DNA from: a virus | Lineage: Duplodnaviria; Caudoviricetes | DNA: 42,032 bases | Virus record (IMG/VR): IMGVR_UViG_3300038318_000193 | Location: 1-42,032 of that record | Direction: 5' to 3' (one strand) | In this document: one piece after another, positions 16,723 to 27,646 of the stretch | Numbering within the stretch: the first letter of the stretch is position 1 | Layout of the letters: every line of letters starts with the position of its first letter | The notes under the pieces: generated by a model | The model's input: only the letters and a program-made list of their open reading frames with translations | The model's database searches: none | Told to the model about the DNA's origin: nothing | Made by a program: the position numbers and the translations under genes

Positions 16723-17532
16723 ATGTTAGAGCCCATAGAAATAGATTTAACTGGATTAAAATCTCAATTTAACTTAACGAATGAGATTATAGATAAGATG
16801 ACTGAAACGTGTGTAGATTTAGTCACTTCAGCGATTTATTATCAATGGGAAAATTTGGCTAAAGAAAAGTTAAAATCTACATTACCAACATATTTACAAA
16901 ATTTGAACATAATAGATAAGGGGAGATTTGCTAAACAAATAGTATTAACTGGAAAATTTCCAGAGATGATAGAGAATGGAGCAGCGCCCTTTGATATGAA
17001 AGAAGGATTCAAAAATTCAAAATATGTTAAATATACGGTTCCTGTTTATAATAAAAGGGGAAGAATGATATCTCCAGGGGGTCAATGGTATTTAACCATA
17101 CCTTTTAGACAAGGAACTCCTGGTATAGTAGGACAAGCAGGATTTGCAAATGAGATGCCTCAAGAAATATATGACGTAATTAAACAAAAACCGTCTAATT
17201 CTCCTTTAAAATCTTCAGAAATTCCTTCTCCTTACGACGTCCCTCAAAGTCGTGCAGCTATTATTGATGAGAAGACTAAATCAACAGTATACGAAGAATA
17301 TATACATAAATCAAGCATATATGAAGGATTGACAAAGGTAGCGGCAGCTTATGAAAAGACTACTCAAAATACTTATATGTCATTTAGAAGAGTAGGCGCA
17401 AATTCAGACCCATTAGCTTTTATACATAAGGGGTTAATAGCTCAGCACTTTGCTAATAAAGCAATACAACAGATTAATGTTGACACAATAGTAGAAAACC
17501 AAGTAAAAATGTTTTTAGATAAGATATTATGA
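16723..17532 (+). CDS. Neck/tail completion protein
   Basis: MIENGAAPFDMK, YLTIPFR, FRRV..NS and IHKG motifs; synteny. Confidence 0.65.
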   Translation: MLEPIEIDLTGLKSQFNLTNEIIDKMTETCVDLVTSAIYYQWENLAKEKLKSTLPTYLQNLNIIDKGRFAKQIVLTGKFPEMIENGAAPFDMKEGFKNSKYVKYTVPVYNKRGRMISPGGQWYLTIPFRQGTPGIVGQAGFANEMPQEIYDVIKQKPSNSPLKSSEIPSPYDVPQSRAAIIDEKTKSTVYEEYIHKSSIYEGLTKVAAAYEKTTQNTYMSFRRVGANSDPLAFIHKGLIAQHFANKAIQQINVDTIVENQVKMFLDKIL

Positions 17533-18194
17533 CGGGAATATTAATGCCAGAGTTTATTATTTATAATACTTTAAACAGTATTATAACATATATTCGCAAC
17601 GATTTAAAGAAATATTCTGCTTCTCCTTCAAGTACTTTTTTATATAAGTTATTAGGATTAGATGAAGATGGTAATATTTTAAAAGTAAATAGATATAATT
17701 TCTTTGATCAAGCAAAGAAAATATTTTCTGATCTAGGAAATTTAGATATTTCTTTTGGATATTCTTTTAAAGTAAATCAACCAATATCTATTTGTATAGT
17801 TTTACCATCTGAGCAACCTCTTGAACCTACTATTGGAGAAGATGAGGGATATCAGACAGAAGAAATTAAAAATGTAGGACAACAAAAAAAGTTTACGCAA
17901 TTATTTGACACTACTTATCAAATAATAATAACTTCATCTAATATTAGTGAAGTGAATCTAGTTTATAATGTTTTAAAATCTCTTTTAATAGTCGTAATGC
18001 CTCATTTATCTTTGAAGGGATTAATGAACATAAAATTATCTGGTAATGATATAGTTTTCAATGACCAATTAATCCCAGCCGGAATGTTTAATAAAGTTCT
18101 TAATTTGAATTTTCAATATGAATTAACAGTTCCTCAATTAAAAGTAAGTGAATTTTTGAAATCTTTTGCATTTAAAGGAGGTACTATTGAGTAA
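17529..18194 (+). CDS. Tail terminator-like protein
   Basis: Immediately precedes the sheath gene; size and synteny fit. Confidence 0.55.
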   Translation: MTGILMPEFIIYNTLNSIITYIRNDLKKYSASPSSTFLYKLLGLDEDGNILKVNRYNFFDQAKKIFSDLGNLDISFGYSFKVNQPISICIVLPSEQPLEPTIGEDEGYQTEEIKNVGQQKKFTQLFDTTYQIIITSSNISEVNLVYNVLKSLLIVVMPHLSLKGLMNIKLSGNDIVFNDQLIPAGMFNKVLNLNFQYELTVPQLKVSEFLKSFAFKGGTIE

Positions 18195-18207
18195 ATAATA
18201 TTCAATT

Positions 18208-18225
18208 TCAATTATTATTAATAAG
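18208..18225 (+). promoter_or_regulatory. Conserved intergenic motif, copy 2
   Basis: TCAATTATTATTAATAAG upstream of the sheath gene. Confidence 0.45.
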
Positions 18226-18259
18226 AAAATTAATATCTTAATTATAAATTTATCATAAA

Positions 18260-19873
18260 ATGAGTACAGTAGTAAATTTTCATGGAAAGAATTATATAGA
18301 GCCTGGCGCATATGCTGTATCAGTGTATAGTCCGACATCTGTTGAAAATGTTGCTCAGTTTGGAAATGTTATGATCATAGATACAGGTCTATCAAAAGAT
18401 AGTAATGGCTATGAGTTTTCCGGAGGAGCGGGTATTCAAGGAGAATTAGTGAATGGGTTACAATCTGTTTATGAATTCAATAGTTATGAAGACTTTTTGA
18501 ATTTTGTAGGCGGAGGTTTAATCGGAGACATTGCTGCTAAAATATTTACTCCAAGAGAAGGAGTAGCAGGAGCTCCTAAACTTTATTATTGTAGAGCTGC
18601 AAAAACAACTTGTGCTACAATAACATTAACTATTGGTACTAATACTTTAGTATTTAAATGTAAAAATGAAGGGGTTGTAGGCAACGGAGTTGAAGTTGGA
18701 GGTTCATTAAAATTAGGATATTCTGCTAAAATAGTGGCAGGAATAGACGATCCTACAAAATTCAAACTTCAAATCTTTAAGGGAACTTATCAAGGTATAG
18801 ATGATAGTGGGGAAATTTTCGGAACGAAAACTATAGATGATTCTACTCCTGATTTGATTGTTGAGTCTGGAGAATTTAGCACTTTTAATGATTTGTATAA
18901 TTGGTGTATTCTTGATAAGTACGTTAAGAATAATTTTGTTGTAAGTAAAACGGGAACAGATAATTCAAATCTAGTTGTTGTCGCTGAAGTTTTAGCAACA
19001 GGAGGAACAACGGATTATGCTTCGGCAGGAGCATACGATGATGTTCTTGAAAATATATCTGAATTAGATATTACAACATTCTTATGCACAAATACAACAG
19101 TTGCGGCTGGAACAGATGCTTCTACAAATGGTAAGTTATTTACTTTCTTAAAACAAAGTGCAAAATTTACTGAATTTATGGTAGTTCCTGGAGGAAGTGA
19201 TGAAGATGATTTGTTAGGAGCTTCTGATACTTCTCAGGCTATTGCAAAATATTATGATTCAGAACAAGTTATTGTAGTTCATGGTTCTCCTCAGATAATT
19301 AGAAAGGATGGTAATGGAACTAAATATTTGAATCCTATTTATTTTGCGGCAACTGTTTGTGGCATGGTTGGCGGAGGTCAAGCTCAAACTCCTCTTACTT
19401 TTAAAAAGACAGGATATTCTGCCTTTAAGTATAATCTCAAGAAAAAGGAGAGAGAAAATGCCTTGCAAGCCGGAATCTTACATACTCGTAATGTTAACGG
19501 ATATTGGGTAATTAATCAAGGAATTACTACTCTTCAAGATAATAAGAGAACCATCGCAGATGATGGTCAATCTATGGAATTTTCAATTGCTCTTATTAAG
19601 GCTCAATTGAATAAGGAAATAATTCTTGATGCTGAAAGTAGATTTGTAGGAGATGATGCAGCTACAGCAAGTGTTGCAACTGTTAAGAATTTTGTTGAAA
19701 CAAAACTTCAATCTTTAACCGCAACATCAGATACTGATAATTTAATCATCAGTTGGAAAAATGTTAAAACAACTGCTAATGATGGAGATTATTATACGAC
19801 TTATGATTTTGTTCCAAATGTTCCTGTTAATAAACTATTCTTTACAGGTAATATTGTAGATTTCACAGCTTAA
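18260..19873 (+). CDS. Contractile tail sheath protein
   Basis: N-terminal IEPGAY, PLTFK, INQGITT and C-terminal PNVPVNK; followed by the tube gene. Confidence 0.92.
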   Translation: MSTVVNFHGKNYIEPGAYAVSVYSPTSVENVAQFGNVMIIDTGLSKDSNGYEFSGGAGIQGELVNGLQSVYEFNSYEDFLNFVGGGLIGDIAAKIFTPREGVAGAPKLYYCRAAKTTCATITLTIGTNTLVFKCKNEGVVGNGVEVGGSLKLGYSAKIVAGIDDPTKFKLQIFKGTYQGIDDSGEIFGTKTIDDSTPDLIVESGEFSTFNDLYNWCILDKYVKNNFVVSKTGTDNSNLVVVAEVLATGGTTDYASAGAYDDVLENISELDITTFLCTNTTVAAGTDASTNGKLFTFLKQSAKFTEFMVVPGGSDEDDLLGASDTSQAIAKYYDSEQVIVVHGSPQIIRKDGNGTKYLNPIYFAATVCGMVGGGQAQTPLTFKKTGYSAFKYNLKKKERENALQAGILHTRNVNGYWVINQGITTLQDNKRTIADDGQSMEFSIALIKAQLNKEIILDAESRFVGDDAATASVATVKNFVETKLQSLTATSDTDNLIISWKNVKTTANDGDYYTTYDFVPNVPVNKLFFTGNIVDFTA

Positions 19874-19894
19874 TCAATTTAAAGAAAATTTATT

Positions 19895-20404
19895 ATGGCA
19901 AAAGATAGAAAAGTGATGACAGCTCCTCTCGCTATTATACAGATTAATAGCGTTACGGTTGGTAAGATGAGAAATCTTAGAATAACAGAACAAATACGAA
20001 GAGGAAGAGTATCTGGAATAGGAAGACTAACTCCTAGTGAACTTCCGGCATTAGAATGGAGTGGTTCTTTAACTTGTTCTGCTTATTCTATTAATTTTAA
20101 TTTATTAGCTAATGTTTTGAAAAAGGGAACATTTAGAAATGCTGGAAATCTTGATTCATGGGCTAATGCTATTCTACTTCAAGAAGATGGATTAGAAATA
20201 GCCGTAATGAGAAAGATCTCTGACGGAACTATTGATCCTGATACAGGATTAGTTAATTCTAAATACGAAACTTTTGCGAAAGTTACAGGAGCCTTTGCTA
20301 GTCGAGAAGGATTCGATGTTCAAGAAGGACAGATCTCAGGTAGAGATACAGAATTTGAATATACTACTCCTATCTTGTATAGTGCTACTGATACGACGGC
20401 ATAG
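19895..20404 (+). CDS. Tail tube protein
   Basis: Follows the sheath; VSGIGRLTPSE motif; size fits. Confidence 0.85.
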   Translation: MAKDRKVMTAPLAIIQINSVTVGKMRNLRITEQIRRGRVSGIGRLTPSELPALEWSGSLTCSAYSINFNLLANVLKKGTFRNAGNLDSWANAILLQEDGLEIAVMRKISDGTIDPDTGLVNSKYETFAKVTGAFASREGFDVQEGQISGRDTEFEYTTPILYSATDTTA

Positions 20405-20425
20405 TATATGATTTCAGTTATAATT

Positions 20426-20458
20426 AAGGTGTATGTCTTTAGTGATATACACCTTTTT
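20426..20458 (+). terminator. Rho-independent terminator after the tube gene
   Basis: AAGGTGTATGTC / GATATACACCTT 12-bp stem (one G-U pair), 6-nt loop, T-tract. Confidence 0.8.
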
Positions 20459-20473
20459 ATTTATTAATTAAAA

Positions 20474-20872
20474 ATGATTGTAATGGAAAAAAGTAAAAAA
20501 TTTAACATTGGTAAAAAAATTTTTATTGCAAAATTTCCTAATGTTGGTCAAATCATTGATATAGATTCGATGAAACAAGCCTTATCGGGAAATAGATATG
20601 GCGTTATGGCAGCTAGTGGTGTTACTAGTGCTTATTTTGCATTAGATTTAATAGATTCTATCTCATTTATGACTATTGTTTGTCCTGATGTTGCAAAATA
20701 TTATGACATTAATAATTATACAAGTCTTGAATTAGAAAAAATACAAGACATTGTAGGAGCTTATACAAAGCAGATAAGACCATGGTATAATGCTACTATG
20801 AAAGAAATAAAAGAGATGGCAGAAAATAGTATTGATGAGGATGATAAACTCAGAAAAGAAGAAACAGAATGA
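20474..20872 (+). CDS. Tail assembly chaperone
   Basis: Position between the tube and tape measure genes. Confidence 0.65.
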   Translation: MIVMEKSKKFNIGKKIFIAKFPNVGQIIDIDSMKQALSGNRYGVMAASGVTSAYFALDLIDSISFMTIVCPDVAKYYDINNYTSLELEKIQDIVGAYTKQIRPWYNATMKEIKEMAENSIDEDDKLRKEETE

Positions 20873-21173
20873 TTTAGATCATTATATATTCGCATGGCAA
20901 GATTTTCCAATTGACTATTGGTGGAGGAAAAAATATAATATTTCATTTGGCTCTATTAAACATAGAGATATGAATTTTATCGATATGTTAATAGATTATA
21001 GGGAAGATCTTTTAATAAGAAAAGAGATAAATAGATTAAATATTGAGAAAGAAGAAAAAGAAAATAAAGAATTAGGAATAGATAAAAATAATGAAGTAAA
21101 GTTGACAGATAAACAAATAAAAGATGATTATGATAATCTAGATTTATCTGAATATAATAAAAAGAAAAAGTAG
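20832..21173 (+). CDS. Second tail assembly chaperone ORF (start uncertain; possible frameshift extension)
   Basis: Overlaps the upstream gene in the +1 frame; YWWRKKYNI motif; precedes the tape measure. Confidence 0.6.
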   Translation: MMRMINSEKKKQNDLDHYIFAWQDFPIDYWWRKKYNISFGSIKHRDMNFIDMLIDYREDLLIRKEINRLNIEKEEKENKELGIDKNNEVKLTDKQIKDDYDNLDLSEYNKKKK

Positions 21174-21175
21174 TA

Positions 21176-23533
21176 ATGGCTATACGAGTAGAAGTTAATG
21201 GCGTCCAAAGTTCTGGAGGGAATGATAGATTTGATAATCAGAATATAAATAATCCTAATAATAATGGTTATCAACCTTCTAATGTTCCTAATAATAATTT
21301 CCCTCCTAATATAACTCCTCCTCCCTCTTCTGGTTCTAACAATGGAGGAAATATGGGAGATGAAGGATATCGAAGGATAAATCTTAGAGAATTTCAAAAG
21401 GTAGACGGTACTTTTTCTTCTATGCCTAATACAGACAGAATTGCAGAAGACATAAGACACGAAATACAGCAGAGAGGTGTAGTAATGGTTCCAGGAACTG
21501 CCAATTTTACAACCTTAATGCAACAGATGAGTAAACAAGAATCAAATAACATTTCTTCAGTAATTGGGAAGGATGCTGCTGGAAAGATAGATTTGATTGA
21601 AAATTTACGAGAACAAGCTCATGGTCAAGTTGCAGATAATATTATTGCTGCTAGAAATAGAGATCTTGTAGGACAAACCAATCCTGAAATAATAGAACAA
21701 ATAAATTCTAAATACAAAAAATTAGAAGAACGAGAACATGATAGAATAGATAGATACTTCGATCCACAAATTCAACGTATAAATGAAGCTAAAGAAGGGG
21801 CGGTTGCTAAGGGCGAGGAAAATTTATCAGAAGTAATAGAAAAGCTGACAGATGAATTATCTCATCCCAATCCTAATTCTTATATGAATCGTCTAAAAGA
21901 CGATTATAAGAGTGCCGTTTGGAGAAGGGACAATGCTTCTACGGAAGAAGAAGCGAAATTAGCTTCTGGTGATGCTAAAAAAGCTCAAGAAAGGATAAAT
22001 AGAGTCTTAGAAGGCGGAGAAAATAAGGGAGCTGGTAATTGGTCTGATGCCAGAATGGCAGCGATGTACGGCATGCAATATATGTCTAGCGGAAGACAAA
22101 TATACGATTTATGGTATCAGAATCAAACTCAAAATGTTAGTTCATTAGCATCTGCATCTAGAGGGGATATATATGGAGCAGTTCTAGAAGAATATAATCA
22201 AAGAGCTCAAATGAATACTGCCCTTGGCGGAGCAATAGGAACGGGAGCTGGAGCTCTTTTAGGAGGATTATTTGGTGGAGGAATACTTGGCGCTGGAATA
22301 GGAGGATCTATAGGAGGATCTATTGGTAATTTTATTTCCAGTATATTTAATTCTGAGAGTCAAGATGCAGATAAAGCTATTGCTCAAATAGGACAGGTTT
22401 TACAACCTATTGCAGAAAGAATACAAGGGTATAATTCTTTAGCAATGATGTTAAAATCTGCTGGTCCGGTTGGAGTAGTTAGAGATGCTATGATTAATAG
22501 TGTAGGATCTCAACAATTGTATAGCGGAGTTGATTTAAGTGCATTTTCTCCTAATTCTAAATTTTCATTATACGATCTAGGATATACTTCACAGCAGTTT
22601 GCTCAAGTAGCTGCTGAAAGAATAAAACAAAGAGGATTTGTAGATAGAAATTCTGTAAATACTGCTTTAATATCAGATGCTCTTGAGAGAGTTTTCAATA
22701 TGAGTTCTGGATCATTAGGACAATTGTCTGGTTATGACAGATATAGAAATACTAATGTTAATAATGTTATATCTGATATTGTATCTACAATGAGCGGTTT
22801 AGGAACAAAAGGATTGAGTGGAGACGATTATATAAGAACGCAGGAATTTATGAATTATGTAACGACTATGATGAATTATCAAAAGTCTTATATGTTGCGT
22901 CCTTCTTCTTCTTATGCAATTCAACAAGTAGCAACGGCTCAATCATTATTTGGGAACAGTCTAGATGAAAGACAACTTGGAGCATTAAATAATGTTTCAC
23001 AAGCTGTTCAAAATCCAGGCGGAGGATATTTACAAACTCTTACTTATGATGTAATACAAAGTCTATTCCCATCAGCAAGAGGAAATATAAGACGCATAGA
23101 GGAGATGCAATATAGTGATAATCCTAGGATACAGCAATTAATTCAACAAGCAATGGCGAGAAGATTAAGAGCTGTATATGGAGATCCTGAATCTACTACA
23201 TCTGGATATTTAGCTTTTCAACAATATTATAAAATACAAAATCCTCATATACTTGAACCGATAGCCGAAAGAATGATACATAGAGGATATAATAGAGTTG
23301 TTCGTAGTAGTCCTTCTAGGTATGTAGCAAAACTTGAAGAGGGAGGAGCAGAAGAAGGTTATACTCCCGCAATGGTTAGAAATCAAAATATTCTATCTGA
23401 TAAGGTATTTAGTAAACTAGTTGGCTATCAGTATAATTCTAATGTTATACAGGGAAAGATATTGTCGGCTATTAACAGTATGCTTTCAGAATGGACATCT
23501 AGTATTGTGAATATGGGTAAAGCATCAAAATAA
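21176..23533 (+). CDS. Tape measure protein
   Basis: Helical, Ala/Gly/Gln-rich, with a glycine-zipper hydrophobic segment; synteny. Confidence 0.8.
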   Translation: MAIRVEVNGVQSSGGNDRFDNQNINNPNNNGYQPSNVPNNNFPPNITPPPSSGSNNGGNMGDEGYRRINLREFQKVDGTFSSMPNTDRIAEDIRHEIQQRGVVMVPGTANFTTLMQQMSKQESNNISSVIGKDAAGKIDLIENLREQAHGQVADNIIAARNRDLVGQTNPEIIEQINSKYKKLEEREHDRIDRYFDPQIQRINEAKEGAVAKGEENLSEVIEKLTDELSHPNPNSYMNRLKDDYKSAVWRRDNASTEEEAKLASGDAKKAQERINRVLEGGENKGAGNWSDARMAAMYGMQYMSSGRQIYDLWYQNQTQNVSSLASASRGDIYGAVLEEYNQRAQMNTALGGAIGTGAGALLGGLFGGGILGAGIGGSIGGSIGNFISSIFNSESQDADKAIAQIGQVLQPIAERIQGYNSLAMMLKSAGPVGVVRDAMINSVGSQQLYSGVDLSAFSPNSKFSLYDLGYTSQQFAQVAAERIKQRGFVDRNSVNTALISDALERVFNMSSGSLGQLSGYDRYRNTNVNNVISDIVSTMSGLGTKGLSGDDYIRTQEFMNYVTTMMNYQKSYMLRPSSSYAIQQVATAQSLFGNSLDERQLGALNNVSQAVQNPGGGYLQTLTYDVIQSLFPSARGNIRRIEEMQYSDNPRIQQLIQQAMARRLRAVYGDPESTTSGYLAFQQYYKIQNPHILEPIAERMIHRGYNRVVRSSPSRYVAKLEEGGAEEGYTPAMVRNQNILSDKVFSKLVGYQYNSNVIQGKILSAINSMLSEWTSSIVNMGKASK

Positions 23534-23534
23534 T

Positions 23535-24893
23535 ATGGCTAATTTTAAATTATATCATAATAATAATCGAATTAAAACTCTTGAGGAGTTTTCAGAATAT
23601 AATAGAATATATTTCGATTCAAAATTTACATTAAAAGAATTTTTTGAAAAAAATAGAAATATTATATTTTCAGCAATGACGAATGATGATAAGTATAATT
23701 TTATAAGAGAAAATAAATTATATTCATCAGAAACAGATAAGAAGGGGAATAAGTTATTCATAAAAGTAGCAGATTTAACATCTAAACAACTTAATATAAA
23801 TATGACATTGCCGTGTCCTTGTTATCTTTATATAGATAAAAAATACGTTACATATAATCTTGCGGCTAAACATACTAATTTTCAAGAATCTGTAGCTGAC
23901 GTAACTTCTTTTGATAATGAATATATAAAGAATATAGTTCAAGACGATGGATTGAATATCTATTATGATACAAAGAAAATAAAACCTGGATGTAAGGTAT
24001 TAGGATTTTTTAAGTCTATGTATTTTGATGGTAAGAATTCTAATAATTTAAATATATATGATGATAATAATCAAGTGATAGATATATCAGATTTTGTTTT
24101 GAATATGAATACAACGGTAACAGAAGACGGAGGTAGATTTTCATTATCTCTTCCTCATATACCATTGTATACAATTTATGATAAAGAATCTCAAGGAGGA
24201 TTAGCATCTGTTAATCAAGGCATACCTTATTCTGATAAGAATAGCATTGTAGATAAAAGTCCTAAAGATGTAATATCTAGTGTTCTTGATAAAAGTCAAT
24301 TTGAAAAATTAAGATTATTCACAAGAAAAAATTCAAAATCTACATCTTCTTCATTTTATTCTAAGAGTGAACTTGGAAGTAAGGACTATTTTTCTTGGCT
24401 AATACAAAATAATGATATATTATTTATATCTTTCGATGATCAAAATGATATGGAAGATTATAGTATAGCAGATAGAACTTTTGATATGATAGCTTTAGTT
24501 GATAATGTTACTATGAATAAAGATTCAACTGGAAATTATACTGTTAATATTTCAGGAAGAGATTTAATGAAATTGATAACAGACGATAGTCATATCTTTT
24601 TTCCCCAAAGTGTGGCAAGCGGAAGTACAAATCCATTTTCAAATACTTCTTCATCTGCAAAGGGGGATATGGGAGGTTCTCAATATGTCAACGGAAAGCT
24701 ATTTACCAATGATAAAAGGATGTTAACGACGGGAACAATAAGATTGTTCAGAAAAGAAAATAACGGCTTTACAATCGACTTTATAATAAAATCAGTAATT
24801 TCTCAATTAGCTAATTTGCAAATAGCTCCAGATGAATTATTTATTCAATGGGGAGATAAAAGAACTAAATTTAGTGATATTGCTCCAAAGTAA
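23535..24893 (+). CDS. Baseplate hub protein, N-terminal part
   Basis: DISDFV.....GRFSLSL and IALVDNV....VNISGRDLMKLI motifs of gp27/gp44-like hubs. Confidence 0.6.
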   Translation: MANFKLYHNNNRIKTLEEFSEYNRIYFDSKFTLKEFFEKNRNIIFSAMTNDDKYNFIRENKLYSSETDKKGNKLFIKVADLTSKQLNINMTLPCPCYLYIDKKYVTYNLAAKHTNFQESVADVTSFDNEYIKNIVQDDGLNIYYDTKKIKPGCKVLGFFKSMYFDGKNSNNLNIYDDNNQVIDISDFVLNMNTTVTEDGGRFSLSLPHIPLYTIYDKESQGGLASVNQGIPYSDKNSIVDKSPKDVISSVLDKSQFEKLRLFTRKNSKSTSSSFYSKSELGSKDYFSWLIQNNDILFISFDDQNDMEDYSIADRTFDMIALVDNVTMNKDSTGNYTVNISGRDLMKLITDDSHIFFPQSVASGSTNPFSNTSSSAKGDMGGSQYVNGKLFTNDKRMLTTGTIRLFRKENNGFTIDFIIKSVISQLANLQIAPDELFIQWGDKRTKFSDIAPK

Positions 24894-24903
24894 AAAATAA
24901 AAT

Positions 24904-26664
24904 ATGTCAAATTTAAAATATCTTAAAAGAGGATGGTTAGGAAAGAAAACTTCTATTAATGTTAGTAGTCGTTATGGGCTAAGACATGGAAGAATGCATA
25001 GAGGGATAGATCTTTCTGTACCTGTGGGGACAACTGTTTATGCGCCATTTTCAGGAAAAGTAAAAAGATATTTTCAAGGTAGTGGAAGAACAGGAAGAGG
25101 ATATGGCGCTTGGATGACATTAACAGAAGGAGATATTCAATTAAGATTCGGTCATTTAAGTGCATATATTGCATCAAGCGGACAATATGTTAAAGAAGGT
25201 CAGCCCATTGCTAAGACAGGAGGTATTGCAGGATCTTGGGGATCTGGCGATTCTACTGGTAAACATTTACATTTTGAAATAAGATATGATCCCAATCATA
25301 TCTTTTCTAATGGAACAGATATTAATCCTAAATATCTTATATCTGATGCTCTTTATAATAAAGTAACGAAAAGAGCGGTTAAAGATGAAAACGTAATTAT
25401 TCCCAAAGTAGGAGAAACGCCAACAAAAGAACAAGATAAGGAAATAAAAAAGATACAAGATTATGTGTCTGATTCTGAAATTGAAGATTCCTCTGAAGAA
25501 GATGTAAGTGCCGATGTAGATTGGGGAGAAACAGAATCTGATGATAAAGAAGTTGCAGAGAAAATAAAAGATGGATACGCTTCAGGAATTTGGCAAATTG
25601 TAAAATTAGTTTTAGATAGTAGTGTTGCTAACTTATTAGTTTATGACACTACTATATCATCTATGACAGGAACTTTAATAGGATTTTTTAATAAGGCTTG
25701 TCAAAGACCATTAGTTGAATTTTCAGGAGATACATTTGGCAGTCAATATTATTTTATCATTAAAAAACCACCCTTTGATAGAAAGAATATGATTCATTAT
25801 CTTTCTAATTTTAATTTGTTAGATAATTTTAAGACCAAAGAATATAATGATGCTAATGATCATTATGTTAATCTTCTATCTGATAAAAGAGCTAATGATA
25901 ATAAATCTAAATTTTATAAAACAACATTATCAAGTTCATTTAAAAAATTCGAGATTATTAAAAACAGATATGTTATAATGACTAATGACATTATAAACAG
26001 TTCAATCTCTTTTAATACTGAAAATATATATTCATGGTATCAGTTATATGTAACATACGAATTGGGGGAACCAGATATGTTAAAATATATAACTCCTGCT
26101 ATATTATTTCCTGAATATGCATCTTTATGGGGAAGTAAATCTTTAGTTATTCAAAGTCAATATGTTAATTTTATTAATGCTGCCGTTCGAGATAAGATAG
26201 AAAGGGGGAAGGAGAGCGAGTATGGGAATTCAGAAGCCAGAAGTGCATTAGAGCAGTTACATTATCTCATTGAAAGTAATGCTTATAATCCTTTTGTTCG
26301 TAAAGGAACAATAACAATAACGGGAAACAGAAAAATAAAAAGAGGAACATTTATATCAGTAAACCTAGAAGGTGTAATGGAGACATTTTATGTTGATGCT
26401 GTATCTCAAAACTATTCAGTGGAAAATAATTCTATAACAAGAACAACTACATTAAGTGTGTCACATGGGATGGTTTCAGATTTCATAGAACCAAGAGGAA
26501 ATAAAAAAATAAGTTATTTTAATTTAATAGACTTTGGAAATTATGAAAAAGATAAATCTAGTTTAAATATGGGGAATTGGCATAATGTTATCGCTAATTG
26601 GAAAGTTAATAAAGAAGTATTTAATTTCTTTTTACATAAATTACAATTTATAACACCGCAATGA
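24904..26664 (+). CDS. M23 peptidase fused to the baseplate hub C-terminal part
   Basis: HRGID, FGHL and STGKHLHFE (M23 motifs); C-terminal GTITITGNRKIKRG...FYVDAVSQ...TTTLSVSHG hub motif. Confidence 0.85.
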   Translation: MSNLKYLKRGWLGKKTSINVSSRYGLRHGRMHRGIDLSVPVGTTVYAPFSGKVKRYFQGSGRTGRGYGAWMTLTEGDIQLRFGHLSAYIASSGQYVKEGQPIAKTGGIAGSWGSGDSTGKHLHFEIRYDPNHIFSNGTDINPKYLISDALYNKVTKRAVKDENVIIPKVGETPTKEQDKEIKKIQDYVSDSEIEDSSEEDVSADVDWGETESDDKEVAEKIKDGYASGIWQIVKLVLDSSVANLLVYDTTISSMTGTLIGFFNKACQRPLVEFSGDTFGSQYYFIIKKPPFDRKNMIHYLSNFNLLDNFKTKEYNDANDHYVNLLSDKRANDNKSKFYKTTLSSSFKKFEIIKNRYVIMTNDIINSSISFNTENIYSWYQLYVTYELGEPDMLKYITPAILFPEYASLWGSKSLVIQSQYVNFINAAVRDKIERGKESEYGNSEARSALEQLHYLIESNAYNPFVRKGTITITGNRKIKRGTFISVNLEGVMETFYVDAVSQNYSVENNSITRTTTLSVSHGMVSDFIEPRGNKKISYFNLIDFGNYEKDKSSLNMGNWHNVIANWKVNKEVFNFFLHKLQFITPQ

Positions 26665-27641
26665 CAAAACATTTTGATTTTAATAACGGAATTAACAATG
26701 GTATAGAAAATGCTGGTGTAGGATCTATTGTAATTCCGGAAGATGTTGAAATAACAGAATATATTCAAAGCTGTTATAGAAATAGAATGGTATGTATAGA
26801 TGGTGGAGATGGTTATAGTTATATAGGAAACGTAAAAATAACTCAAGAAGCTCTTTCAGATATACATTTCCCTACTACAGAACAAAAAGGAAGTTCTGTT
26901 ATATGGGTAAGAGCAGGATTGAATAATTATCCTGTTGTGATCGGAGTTATCCCTAGTGCAGAAGATGCAGGAATGACTAGTAATAAACAACGAAGAATTT
27001 ATCAACAGACTGCAGATCAGATAGCAGAAGTTTTTATAGATGCTATTAATAGTTTAATCAATATTAATGTAAAAGGAAGCGATGCAGTACCAGCGGTAAT
27101 AACAATAAAAGCCTTTGGTTCAGATAAAGATATTATTAATTTATTGGCTTCTAGATTAATTTTTGCATCATCAAAGATTTTAGAGTTAAACATTACAGAT
27201 AGTTTTACGATTAATCTAAATGATGGAGAAAAAGATTTAATTGTTATAAAAGGAGATTCTACAGGATTTTCTTTCCTCGACCAGTTTAATAATAACGTAA
27301 CTATTAATCAAGACGGAATAAAGATAATAGATTCTTTTGGAAGAACTGTTATCTTGGATAAGGATAAGGTTAATTATGTAGATCAATTTAACAATTCTAT
27401 TACTTTTGATAAAGATAACATTAATACAAAATGCGCTAAATTTAATATAAATGAAGGATCAGAACCATTGGTATTAGGAAATAAGATAAAGTCTCTGCTA
27501 GAAGAATTAATAGACGCTATTAATAGCATAACAGTTACTACTAAGTCTGGTGTGAGTTCTACTCCTATCAATCAATCACAATTTTCTTCAATTAAATCAA
27601 AATTAGGTGATTTTTTATCAAAAGTTTCAAATACAGATTGA
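26661..27641 (+). CDS. Baseplate central spike (gpV/gp5-like)
   Basis: N-terminal OB-fold with PVVIG, beta-helix repeats (DQFNNxVTI) and EPLVLG. Confidence 0.7.
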   Translation: MTKHFDFNNGINNGIENAGVGSIVIPEDVEITEYIQSCYRNRMVCIDGGDGYSYIGNVKITQEALSDIHFPTTEQKGSSVIWVRAGLNNYPVVIGVIPSAEDAGMTSNKQRRIYQQTADQIAEVFIDAINSLININVKGSDAVPAVITIKAFGSDKDIINLLASRLIFASSKILELNITDSFTINLNDGEKDLIVIKGDSTGFSFLDQFNNNVTINQDGIKIIDSFGRTVILDKDKVNYVDQFNNSITFDKDNINTKCAKFNINEGSEPLVLGNKIKSLLEELIDAINSITVTTKSGVSSTPINQSQFSSIKSKLGDFLSKVSNTD

Positions 27642-27646
27642 AAAAC

